Positions 7,370 through 15,487 are shown, numbered from the stretch's first letter. The stretch is DNA of 26,440 nucleotides from Clostridia bacterium (GCA_028703745.1 JAQVME010000002.1:1-26440); one strand, 5' to 3'. Notes: generated by a model not told the origin, from the letters alone. Numbers and translations: made by a program.

Positions 7370-8947
7370 ATGAACGAGATGTTTTGTTTTCAATGTGAGC
7401 AGACGGGCAGAGGCACGGGTTGCACGGGAAGAGCGGGGGTTTGCGGTAAGCCGTCGAACGTCGCAAATCTTCAAGACGAGCTTATCGGCGCGCTTATCGG
7501 ACTTGCGCGCGCCGTCAACAAAAAGGGCTCAAATAAGGACACCGATAAGATTGTGCTCAAAGGACTCTTCACAACTATAACCAATGTGAACTTCAACGAT
7601 AAGACCCTTGCGGAATTGATTGAAGAGGTTCGGCAAACAAAAAGAATGCTGGTGGCGAAACCCGATTGCGATGCCAGACATAACGAACACGATATGCAGT
7701 CGGTTTGGAACGCTGACGAAGACGTGCGTTCGCTGAAAGGGCTTATCCTTTTTGGGCTGAAAGGTGTGGCGGCATACGCATACCATGCGTATGTACTGGG
7801 GTATTCCGATGCTGAAGTAAACGGCTTTTTCTATAAGGCGCTGAACGCCATAGGCGAGGATTGGGGCATGGCGGAGCTACTTCCCATAGTGCTCGAGGTC
7901 GGCAGAATCAATTTGAAATGTATGGAAATACTTGACAAGGCGAACACGGAGAGCTATGGCGTACCCGTGCCGGTCAAGGTGCCGCTTACCGTCGAGAAAG
8001 GCCCCTTTATTGTCATAAGCGGGCACGACCTCAAGGATTTGCAACTGCTGCTTGAACAGACTGCGGGCAAGGGTATAAACGTCTATACTCACGGCGAAAT
8101 GTTGCCGGCGCACGGATATCCGAAGCTCAAGAAGCATGCGCATTTGAAAGGGAATTTCGGCACGGCGTGGCAAAATCAGCAGAAGGAATTCAAGGATATT
8201 CCTGCGCCTGTGCTTTTCACCACGAACTGCATTATGCCGGTACGCGACAGCTATAAGGACAGGGTTTTTACCACAGAAGTGGTTTCGTACCCCGAGATGG
8301 TACATATAGGCGAGGACAAGGATTTTTCGCCGGTGATAGCAAAGGCGCTGGCTCTGGGTGGCTACGCCGAGGACACCGTTTTTTCCGGCATAAACGGCGG
8401 AACGGAGGTAATTACCGGCTATTCGCACGGGACGGTTCTTTCGGTTGCCGAAACAGTCATCGGCGCAGTCAAGAGCGGAGCCATCAAGCACTTCTTCCTT
8501 GTCGGCGGCTGCGACGGCGCAAAGCCCGGAAGGAACTATTATACCGAATTCGTAAAACAAGCGCCCAAGGATACCATAATATTGACGTTGGCTTGTGGAA
8601 AATACCGCTTCAATGATTTGGATATAGGCGAGATAGGAGGGTTGCCCCGCATAATGGATATGGGACAATGCAACGATTCCTTCGGCGCCATCAAGGTGGC
8701 GGTAGAGCTGGCTAAAGCTTTTGGTTGCGGCGTCAACGAATTGCCTTTGTCGATGATTCTGTCGTGGTACGAGCAAAAGGCGGTATGCGTGCTTCTTACT
8801 CTGCTTTATCTCGGCATAAAGAACATAAAACTCGGACCGTCTCTCCCTGCCTTCGTCTCCCCGAACGTGCTGAACTATCTCGTGGAGAATTATAATATAG
8901 CCCCCATAACCACGCCCGAACAGGACCTAAAACAGATATTGGGCTGA
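7370..8947 (+). CDS. hcp: Hybrid cluster protein (hydroxylamine/NO reductase)
   Basis: MFCFQCEQT..GC...GVCGK N-terminus, SGHDL, YTHGEMLP, TTNC, GGCDG, LACGKYR, GQCND and SWYEQKA motifs. Confidence 0.97.
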   Translation: MNEMFCFQCEQTGRGTGCTGRAGVCGKPSNVANLQDELIGALIGLARAVNKKGSNKDTDKIVLKGLFTTITNVNFNDKTLAELIEEVRQTKRMLVAKPDCDARHNEHDMQSVWNADEDVRSLKGLILFGLKGVAAYAYHAYVLGYSDAEVNGFFYKALNAIGEDWGMAELLPIVLEVGRINLKCMEILDKANTESYGVPVPVKVPLTVEKGPFIVISGHDLKDLQLLLEQTAGKGINVYTHGEMLPAHGYPKLKKHAHLKGNFGTAWQNQQKEFKDIPAPVLFTTNCIMPVRDSYKDRVFTTEVVSYPEMVHIGEDKDFSPVIAKALALGGYAEDTVFSGINGGTEVITGYSHGTVLSVAETVIGAVKSGAIKHFFLVGGCDGAKPGRNYYTEFVKQAPKDTIILTLACGKYRFNDLDIGEIGGLPRIMDMGQCNDSFGAIKVAVELAKAFGCGVNELPLSMILSWYEQKAVCVLLTLLYLGIKNIKLGPSLPAFVSPNVLNYLVENYNIAPITTPEQDLKQILG

Positions 8948-8990
8948 AATCGTAAACAAATGAAGATATAGATACAAAAGAAGAAAAGAT

Positions 8991-9020
8991 AAAGAAAACC
9001 GTCTTAGGACGGTTTTCTTT
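8991..9020. terminator. Intrinsic terminator of the hcp operon
   Basis: AAAGAAAACCGTC-TTAG-GACGGTTTTCTTT, a perfect 13-bp stem. Confidence 0.85.
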
Positions 9021-9144
9021 TAGAAGCGAAAAAACAACTTTTATAAATGACATATTCCTCAAGGGAAGTGCACTATTGCAGACAAGGTGACATATATAAT
9101 GGATAAGGCAATAAAAAAGCACATATAAAAATACAAAAAAACGT

Positions 9145-9173
9145 TTGACTTGACTTTTTTTATGTGCTAGCAT
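9145..9173 (+). promoter_or_regulatory. Sigma-A promoter for the T-box leader (TTGACT-17-TGc-TAGCAT)
   Basis: -35 at 9145-9150, extended -10 at 9168-9173, about 15 nt before stem I. Confidence 0.55.
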
Positions 9174-9188
9174 AAAGATAACTTAAAA

Positions 9189-9437
9189 CCGATGAGACAG
9201 AGTAGTAGCTTATCTAACGATTTTTCAGAGAGTTCTGGGGCGGTGTGACAGAACAAATCCGGTAAGTGAATGGACTGTTGAGGGCAAAGGCGAAATTAGC
9301 AGTAGCTTTTGACGGAATCCCCCGTAATAGGGAAAGAGTATGATAGTACTCGAGAATGAAGGTAACAAAGTCATTTGTTATGAAATTGGGTGGCAACACG
9401 ATATATTCGTCCCAAAACGAATTTATCGTGTTTTTTT
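9189..9437 (+). ncRNA. Tryptophan T-box riboswitch
   Basis: AGAGA box at 9227. Apical stem GTTCTG/CAGAAC with GGTGTGA loop. Specifier GAA-TGG-A (UGG at 9271-9273). AGTA at 9301. Stem III TAACAAA/TTTGTTA. T-box AATTGGGTGGCAACACG (9384-9400). Antiterminator and terminator with T-tract. Confidence 0.9.
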
Positions 9438-9458
9438 ATTGTATAAAGGAGAGCGGCT

Positions 9459-9575
9459 ATGAAAAGACAAACAAAAAACGATTTATATTTCTTCCGATGG
9501 CGTAAGGCCGTGGACTTTTTTTCCGCAGTAAGTTTACCCACAAAAACCATCATAATAATAAAAGGAGAATTATAA
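9459..9575 (+). CDS. Putative 38-aa uORF/leader peptide MKRQTKNDLYFFRWRKAVDFFSAVSLPTKTIIIIKGEL
   Basis: AAGGAG SD 7 nt before the ATG. One Trp codon (9498). The stop lies 2 nt before the trpB ATG and the ORF covers the trpB SD. Confidence 0.45.
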   Translation: MKRQTKNDLYFFRWRKAVDFFSAVSLPTKTIIIIKGEL

Positions 9576-9577
9576 AA

Positions 9578-10960
9578 ATGAATAAGAAAATACCCGTAAA
9601 GATATATTTAACAGAAGACGAGATGCCGAAATCCTGGTATAACCTTCGCGCCGACATGAAGCAAAAGCACGAGCCTTTCCTTCATCCGGGCAAGCTTGTT
9701 CCCTGCACACCCGAAGACCTGTATCCGGTGTTTTGTAAGGAGCTAGTAAAGCAGGAGCTTGATCAAGAGAACAGATATATAGAAATACCCGAAGGAATAA
9801 GGGATTTTTACAAGATGTACCGCCCGTCGCCCCTCGTTCGCGCATACTTCCTCGAAAAGCTGCTGGATACTCCGGCGGAAATCTATTACAAACACGAAGG
9901 CAATAACACCTCCGGTTCACACAAGCTCAATTCCGCGGTGGCTCAGGCATATTATGCCAAACAAGAAGGGTTGACATCGCTTACAACAGAAACCGGAGCA
10001 GGACAATGGGGCTCGGCGCTTTCTATGGCATGCGCTTTCTATGGAATTGACCTCAAGGTCTATATGGTAAAAATCAGCAGTCAGCAGAAGCCTTATCGGA
10101 AGGCGCTCATGGAGACTTATGGCGCGAACGTAATTCCCTCTCCTTCGGATACGACGAATGTCGGCAGAAAGATACTTGAAGAAAACCCGACGACGGGCGG
10201 CTCTCTCGGTTGCGCTATCAGCGAAGCTATCGAAGTCGCCGTGACGACGGACAACTGCCGTTATGTGCTAGGAAGCGTGCTTGACCACGTACTGCTGCAC
10301 CAGTCGATTATCGGACAGGAGTGCAAGATAGCCATGGACAAATACGGCATCAAGCCCGACATAATAATCGGTTGCGCCGGCGGCGGCTCCAATCTCGGCG
10401 GACTTATAGCGCCTTTTATGGCAGGCAAAATAAACGGTACCGACGACACACGCATCATAGCCGTGGAGCCGTCGTCCTGTCCGTCGCTCACGCGAGGGAA
10501 ATACGTCTATGATTTCGGCGACACAGGCAAAACTACGCCGCTAATGAAGATGTATACTCTGGGTTGCGGTTTTATGCCTTCAGCCAACCACGCCGGCGGA
10601 CTGCGCTATCACGGCATGAGTCCTATTATCTCCAAGCTTTATGACGACGGCTACCTTGAAGCGAGATCTGTTGAGCAGACGGCAGTTTTTGACGCCGCCA
10701 TAATGTTTGCCAGAACCGAGGGCATCCTGCCTGCGCCGGAATCCTCACATGCCATAAAAGTGGCTATAGACGAGGCGCTGGAATGCAAGAAGACGGGGCA
10801 GAAAAAGACCATTCTTTTGGGAATGACTGGCACGGGCTATTTCGATATGACGGCATACATTGCGTATAACGAAAAGACCATGACGGACTATATCCCTACG
10901 GAAGCCGACCTCGAGCAGGGCTTTGCGTCATTGCTAGACATACCTCAAAACAAGCAGTAA
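9578..10960 (+). CDS. trpB: TrpB-like PLP enzyme (TrpB2, stand-alone tryptophan synthase beta)
   Basis: 460 aa with the long N-terminal extension of TrpB2. GSHKLNSA (PLP Lys), TETGAGQWG, GCAGGGSN, GGLRYHG and APESSHA motifs. Confidence 0.93.
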   Translation: MNKKIPVKIYLTEDEMPKSWYNLRADMKQKHEPFLHPGKLVPCTPEDLYPVFCKELVKQELDQENRYIEIPEGIRDFYKMYRPSPLVRAYFLEKLLDTPAEIYYKHEGNNTSGSHKLNSAVAQAYYAKQEGLTSLTTETGAGQWGSALSMACAFYGIDLKVYMVKISSQQKPYRKALMETYGANVIPSPSDTTNVGRKILEENPTTGGSLGCAISEAIEVAVTTDNCRYVLGSVLDHVLLHQSIIGQECKIAMDKYGIKPDIIIGCAGGGSNLGGLIAPFMAGKINGTDDTRIIAVEPSSCPSLTRGKYVYDFGDTGKTTPLMKMYTLGCGFMPSANHAGGLRYHGMSPIISKLYDDGYLEARSVEQTAVFDAAIMFARTEGILPAPESSHAIKVAIDEALECKKTGQKKTILLGMTGTGYFDMTAYIAYNEKTMTDYIPTEADLEQGFASLLDIPQNKQ

Positions 10961-10984
10961 TTATTCCACGCCCATGCAAAAACG

Positions 10985-11012
10985 AAAAAACCGTCGCAAG
11001 ACGGTTTTTTTT
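10985..11012. terminator. Bidirectional terminator between trpB2 and aspS
   Basis: AAAAAACCGTC-GCAA-GACGGTTTTTTTT between convergent genes. Confidence 0.88.
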
Positions 11013-11035
11013 ACGTTTATTAAATAGCAAAGCCC

Positions 11036-12358
11036 TTACGGGGTAAGTCTGTTGGGACCGCGAAACAAGTAAGTCACTTCCTTGATGCTGGGAAGATTGA
11101 GAAGTTTCATAAGCATTCTTGAAAGCCCGAAGCCCAGTCCGCCGTGAGGAGGAGCGCCGTATTTGAAGAAATCGATATAGAACTGAATGGGCGGCAGGGT
11201 CATACCTTTTTCGAGAATTTGTTTTTGAAGAATTTCTACTCTGTGCTCTCTCTGCGCTCCCGTTGTCAGTTCAAGCCCCTTCCAAAGCAGGTCAAAGCTC
11301 TTTGTGAGGTTGTTGTTGTCCTCGTGGCGCATGTGGTAGAAGGGTCTTGCTGCTATGGGATAATCTATAACAAAGCAAAAATCACAATTATATTTCTTCT
11401 TTGTGTATTCGCAAATGAGCCTTTCGCCCTCGGGATCAAGGTCGCCCTTCTGCTTTTGCGGAACCTTGTAGCCCATCTCCGTATCAAGTATGGAGATAAC
11501 CTCGGCGAGAGGTATGCGCGGAAAGCGCCCCTCGGGGATTTCCACTTCTTGACCGAAAACTTCTTTTATTTCATCGGCATGACGGTCTTTTATTTTTTGC
11601 AAGAAATAACGTATCCAAGCTTCTTCCTCATCCATAACATCGTGATGGGACTTGATCCAGGAAATTTCCATATCGATGCTGACGAACTCGGTAGCGTGAC
11701 GGGAGGTGAACGAGGGTTCGGCTCTGAATACCGAGCCTATCTCAAAAACCTTGTCAAAGCCAGCCGACATTGCCATCTGTTTGTAAAATTGCGGAGACTG
11801 CGCAAGATACGCCTTGCGGTCAAAATAGTCAAGAGAGAACAGCTCGCTGCCCGATTCGCTGGCATGCCCCATAAGCTTCGGTGAATGTAATTCCACATAG
11901 CCGTTGTTGATCCAATATTCGCGCATAGCCATCTCCGCCGTGGTCTGCACCTGAAAGATGAGGAGGCGGTCTCTCTTTCTGAGGTCGAGATATCTCCAGT
12001 CCATTCTGTGGTCAATGCTGACATCGTCTGTGTTGTCGGCAATGGCTAGGGGAAGCAAGGGCTCGGCAAAGTTCTCGACACTGACTTCTTCAACAAGCAG
12101 CTCTTTTTGTCCAAGTTTGACGTTGGGCGCCGAGACTGCTATGCCCGTGACGGTTATGCAGCTTTCGAGGGAGCAAGCGGAAATCAGCCTTGACTTTTCG
12201 TCGTCGGCTTTCATATTAGTGAGCTGCAGCTTGCCGGTGTGGTCGCGCAGCACGATAAATTGCATTTTTTTCTGGTCGCGAAGTGTTTCTACCCAACCGC
12301 TGACGGTAATTTTTTGGCTTATATACTTGTCGACATCTTTAATCAGGACTCTGTTCAT
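11036..12358 (-). CDS. aspS: Aspartate-tRNA ligase, short archaeal/eukaryal type (probably non-discriminating Asp/Asn)
   Basis: OB-fold (GWVETLRDQKKMQFIVLRDHTG), AYLAQSPQFYKQ, motif 2 FRAEPSFTSRH, motif 3 GAPPHGGLGFGLSR. 440 aa with no GAD insertion. Confidence 0.92.
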   Translation of the reverse strand: MNRVLIKDVDKYISQKITVSGWVETLRDQKKMQFIVLRDHTGKLQLTNMKADDEKSRLISACSLESCITVTGIAVSAPNVKLGQKELLVEEVSVENFAEPLLPLAIADNTDDVSIDHRMDWRYLDLRKRDRLLIFQVQTTAEMAMREYWINNGYVELHSPKLMGHASESGSELFSLDYFDRKAYLAQSPQFYKQMAMSAGFDKVFEIGSVFRAEPSFTSRHATEFVSIDMEISWIKSHHDVMDEEEAWIRYFLQKIKDRHADEIKEVFGQEVEIPEGRFPRIPLAEVISILDTEMGYKVPQKQKGDLDPEGERLICEYTKKKYNCDFCFVIDYPIAARPFYHMRHEDNNNLTKSFDLLWKGLELTTGAQREHRVEILQKQILEKGMTLPPIQFYIDFFKYGAPPHGGLGFGLSRMLMKLLNLPSIKEVTYLFRGPNRLTP

Positions 12359-12390
12359 AGCTACCTCTTTTCTTCTGATAATTATGATTA

Positions 12391-12419
12391 ACTATATAAT
12401 AAAACATACCGAAAGTCAA
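12391..12419 (-). promoter_or_regulatory. Sigma-A promoter of aspS (TTGACT-17-TATAGT)
   Basis: Minus-strand -35 at 12419-12414 and -10 at 12396-12391. Confidence 0.6.
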
Positions 12420-12458
12420 ATGATTGTATTCATATTGACTTATCTATTAACTTAGGGC

Positions 12459-12487
12459 TTGCATTATTTAATAAAATAGCATATAAA
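12459..12487 (+). promoter_or_regulatory. Sigma-A promoter of the orphan ORF (TTGCAT-17-TATAAA)
   Basis: -35 at 12459-12464 and -10 at 12482-12487. Confidence 0.5.
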
Positions 12488-12513
12488 TAAAAGAAGAGAA
12501 GGAAGGAGAAAAT

Positions 12514-12819
12514 ATGAACATTCTTGCGAACTGTATTCACAAAAGATATAAGAGAGGATGTCTGGAGGTGCTTGAAAGCGCAATAAAGTTGAGCTTGCCG
12601 CTGGACGATATGCTGTATCTGCTTTTTTGCTATTACCAGTCATTTAAGTCCCCGTTTCTGAGCGACGAAGAGTTCAATAAATACGCCCGTAGCGTCACCT
12701 TCGACGAAATCATGGAAGAACTGCTCGTCGCAAGGGATATTATGACGATGAGGATGAACAAGGAGCTGATGGAGTTTGAAGGGCATCTTTCCGTCTGGAG
12801 AAAGGACGCCGTCAATTAA
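12514..12819 (+). CDS. Hypothetical protein, 101 aa
   Basis: AAGGAG SD, own promoter, occupies otherwise empty intergenic space. No motif recognised. Confidence 0.7.
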   Translation: MNILANCIHKRYKRGCLEVLESAIKLSLPLDDMLYLLFCYYQSFKSPFLSDEEFNKYARSVTFDEIMEELLVARDIMTMRMNKELMEFEGHLSVWRKDAVN

Positions 12820-12903
12820 GAGAGCTTCCTTTCCTTGCAAAAAATCGCGGAGACAAGCGCCAAAATACGCAACAAAAATTCGTTTGGAACTATTAATAAA
12901 CAG

Positions 12904-12932
12904 TTGACACCGTGGCAATAATAGTATATTAT
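12904..12932 (+). promoter_or_regulatory. Promoter of the tRNA cluster (TTGACA-17-TATTAT)
   Basis: Consensus -35 and near-consensus -10, 13 nt before the first tRNA. Confidence 0.8.
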
Positions 12933-12945
12933 ATTAAAGCATCGT

Positions 12946-13023
<78 letters not shown>

Positions 13024-13048
13024 CAAAAACAAAAGAAAAAATTTCTAT

Positions 13049-13125
13049 GGCGGCGTAGCTCAGCTGGTTAGAGCGGCCGGTTCATACCCGGCAGGTCGTT
13101 GGTTCGAATCTGACCGCCGCTACCA
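13049..13125 (+). tRNA. tRNA-Met (CAT, elongator)
   Basis: GGCGGCG acceptor stem, GCCGG-TTCATAC-CCGGC anticodon arm, encoded CCA. Resembles Bacillus elongator Met rather than Ile2. Confidence 0.92.
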
Positions 13126-13131
13126 ATACCG

Positions 13132-13206
13132 GGCCCCATGGTCAAGCGGTTAAGACATCGCCCTTTCACGGCGGTAACAGGAGTTCGAACCTCCTTGGGG
13201 TCACCA
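13132..13206 (+). tRNA. tRNA-Glu (TTC)
   Basis: TCGCC-CTTTCAC-GGCGG anticodon arm, cloverleaf fold, CCA. Confidence 0.95.
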
Positions 13207-13212
13207 ACGCAA

Positions 13213-13288
13213 GGGAGCATAGCTCAGCTGGGAGAGCGCCTGCCTTACAAGCAGGATGTCATAGGTTCGAGCCCTATTGTTCCCACCA
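13213..13288 (+). tRNA. tRNA-Val (TAC)
   Basis: CCTGC-CTTACAA-GCAGG anticodon arm, cloverleaf fold, CCA. Confidence 0.95.
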
Positions 13289-13296
13289 AGAAGAAT

Positions 13297-13324
13297 CGTC
13301 AGTACTGAGTACTGGCGTTTTTTT
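13297..13324 (+). terminator. Terminator of the tRNA cluster
   Basis: CGTCAGTAC-TGA-GTACTGGCG followed by T7. Confidence 0.8.
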
Positions 13325-13407
13325 ATGTGCATGGGAGGCTTGATTGTATACAAACGGTTGCTTTTTCTCAAGCTTACCTATGTACGCTACCTCGCCGTGA
13401 TTGGCAA

Positions 13408-13436
13408 TAGACAAAAACTTTTATATAAGGTATAAT
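13408..13436 (+). promoter_or_regulatory. Sigma-A promoter of desulfoferrodoxin (TAGACA-17-TATAAT)
   Basis: Near-consensus boxes with 17-nt spacing. Confidence 0.7.
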
Positions 13437-13460
13437 AAAACAAAAAGCTAGGAGGACACG

Positions 13461-13844
13461 ATGAGTAAAATTAAATTTTTCAGATGCGATATTTGCGGAA
13501 ATATAGTAGGTTTGATTGAGGACGCCGGCATACCTATGGTCTGTTGCGGTGAGGATATGACAGAACTTGTTCCCAATACCAGCGAGGGCGCGTACGAAAA
13601 GCATTTGCCGGTAGTCTCTGTTCAAGGCGACCGTATCTCCGTAGCCGTCGGGAGCGTTGCCCATCCCATGGCAAAGGAGCATTATATTCAGTGGATTTAT
13701 CTCGAAACCGACAAGGGCGGACAACGCAAGGCTTTGCTACCGGGACAGCTGCCCGAGGCAGTTTTTGCGCTCGTTGACGACAAAGCGGTGGCGGCGTACG
13801 AATACTGCAATCTTCACGGATTGTGGAAAACTGAGATAGTCTAA
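13461..13844 (+). CDS. dfx: Desulfoferrodoxin / superoxide reductase
   Basis: Centre I C-x2-C...CC (CDICGN...VCCG). Centre II EKHLP, HPM...HYIQW and YCNLHGLW. AGGAGG SD. Confidence 0.95.
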   Translation: MSKIKFFRCDICGNIVGLIEDAGIPMVCCGEDMTELVPNTSEGAYEKHLPVVSVQGDRISVAVGSVAHPMAKEHYIQWIYLETDKGGQRKALLPGQLPEAVFALVDDKAVAAYEYCNLHGLWKTEIV

Positions 13845-13872
13845 GAACCCCCAAAAATATAGCTCAAAACAG

Positions 13873-13900
13873 TTGCAAACAAAAATGAAAGTGATATAAT
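13873..13900 (+). promoter_or_regulatory. Sigma-A promoter upstream of SulP (TTGCAA-16-TGa-TATAAT)
   Basis: -35 at 13873-13878 and extended -10 at 13895-13900. Confidence 0.65.
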
Positions 13901-13910
13901 TCACATTAGT

Positions 13911-13938
13911 AAAGCAGGCTTAGCTAAGCCTGCTTTTT
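13911..13938. repeat. Perfect 26-bp palindrome / terminator-like hairpin
   Basis: AAAGCAGGCTTAG-CTAAGCCTGCTTT (13911-13936), with the T run continuing to 13938. Confidence 0.8.
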
Positions 13939-13966
13939 CGTTTAACTGCACATAGAAGGATAAGGT

Positions 13967-15487
13967 ATGAAGAAACAGAGGATGATTCCCGAACTGGTTT
14001 TGTCGCTTCAAGACGGCTATACCGCCAACAAGCTGCTCAAAGATTGCATTGCCGGCATAATCGTCGGCATAATAGCTCTGCCGCTTAGCATTGCGCTTGC
14101 CATTGCTTCGGGCGCCAGCCCGGCGGTCGGGCTTATTACGGCAATATTCGCCGGCGGCACCGCCGCCTTGCTCGGAGGCAGCAAAACCCAAATAAGCGGT
14201 CCCACAGGCGCCTTCGTCGTCATTGTCTTCGGTATAATCGCGAAGAACGGTATGGCGGGTCTGATAATGGCGTCCTTTATGGCGGGCATATTTATAATAA
14301 TTATGGGTTTGGCGCGTTTCGGCAAACTCATAAAATACATACCGCTACCCATTATCACGGGTTTTACGGCGGGCATTGCAATAACCATCTTTATCGGACA
14401 GCTGAATGATTTCCTTGGACTAGGACTCAAAAACCTTCCTGCGGAGAGCTTGCACAAGCTTGCCTACTTGTTTAACAACATAGGCGGTATTTCGTGGATA
14501 ACCGTAGCCATGGGCGCCGTTGCCTTGCTTATCATAGTCATTGTACCGAAATTTCAAAAAATCCTGCCCGGACCGCTATGCGCAATTCTTATTTGCACGG
14601 TTTTGAACTTGGTCTTGCCCGTAAAAAGCGTCACGCTGGGCGACATCTTCGGCACGGTGAATATCAACATCTCCTTCAGTTTCGGCTTTTTTGATTTTTC
14701 TCTTCTGCCGTCGCTTATCGTTCCGGCGCTTACGATTGCCTTTCTCGCTTCCGTAGAATCGCTACTTTCCGCCGTGGTTGCCGATAGTATGACCTCGACC
14801 AAGCACAACCCCAATATGGAGCTTATCGGACAGGGCTGCGCAAACATAGTCTCCTCCCTTTTCGGCGGACTGCCCGCAACCGGCGCAATAGCCAGAACAT
14901 CGGCGAACATAAGAAGCGGCGGAAAGACGCCTGTAGCCGCGTTGGTGCATTCGGTAGTCATACTGTTGCTCTCGCTATTTCTTATGCCGTACGCAAAATA
15001 CATACCTATGACGGTTTTTGCCGCCATACTCATTGTTGTTTGTTACAATATGTTGAACCTCAAAGAAATAAAGAAGGTGCTTAAGACTACGCCTGCGGAC
15101 ATAGGCTTGATGGTCTTGACTTTTGCGCTGACTGTGGCGTTCGATCTCGTTGTGGCCATTCTTGTTTGTACCTCGCTTTCCCTCCTTTATCAGTTATTCA
15201 AGAGGTACGTAAGAAAGAATACCGCCGCCAAAGAAATCACGACAGAGGGCACCAAGCTGAAGGGCAGTATATCCTATATGAATTATGACAAGCTTTTTGA
15301 CACAAGTAGCGGCGAGGCGCTGGTGCTTGATATGACAGACGTCATTGAGATAGACGCCACTTTCACGGACTTTCTCATTCAGAAGGCCGAAAAAAAGCAA
15401 GTCAAGATACATAACCCCAGCAAAAAGATACAAAAGCAGCTTGCCAAGCACCGCGAATTCGCCTACCTTGCGCCGGAAGAAAAATAA
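13967..15487 (+). CDS. SulP/SLC26 inorganic anion transporter with short STAS domain
   Basis: AGIIVGIIALPLSIALAIASG, GGSKTQISGPTGA, ESLLSAVVAD, ELIGQGCAN, PATGAIART, and STAS-like LVLDMTDVIEIDAT. Confidence 0.93.
   Translation: MKKQRMIPELVLSLQDGYTANKLLKDCIAGIIVGIIALPLSIALAIASGASPAVGLITAIFAGGTAALLGGSKTQISGPTGAFVVIVFGIIAKNGMAGLIMASFMAGIFIIIMGLARFGKLIKYIPLPIITGFTAGIAITIFIGQLNDFLGLGLKNLPAESLHKLAYLFNNIGGISWITVAMGAVALLIIVIVPKFQKILPGPLCAILICTVLNLVLPVKSVTLGDIFGTVNINISFSFGFFDFSLLPSLIVPALTIAFLASVESLLSAVVADSMTSTKHNPNMELIGQGCANIVSSLFGGLPATGAIARTSANIRSGGKTPVAALVHSVVILLLSLFLMPYAKYIPMTVFAAILIVVCYNMLNLKEIKKVLKTTPADIGLMVLTFALTVAFDLVVAILVCTSLSLLYQLFKRYVRKNTAAKEITTEGTKLKGSISYMNYDKLFDTSSGEALVLDMTDVIEIDATFTDFLIQKAEKKQVKIHNPSKKIQKQLAKHREFAYLAPEEK

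Noticed and set aside
7877-8776. 299-aa antisense ORF inside hcp, and similar long antisense ORFs at 11144-11884, 16026-16952, 20513-21397, 22346-23131 and 24998-25906
   Set aside because: Shadow ORFs opposite well-conserved genes, with no SD and no protein-like motifs. Explained by codon bias.
13049-13125. Possibility that the second CAT tRNA is tRNA-Ile2 (lysidine)
   Set aside because: The acceptor stem and TTCATAC loop match the Firmicute elongator Met pattern.
13344-13353. TTGTATACAA palindrome (GntR-like) upstream of dfx
   Set aside because: Only 10 bp, about 55 bp from the -35, and no cognate regulator nearby.
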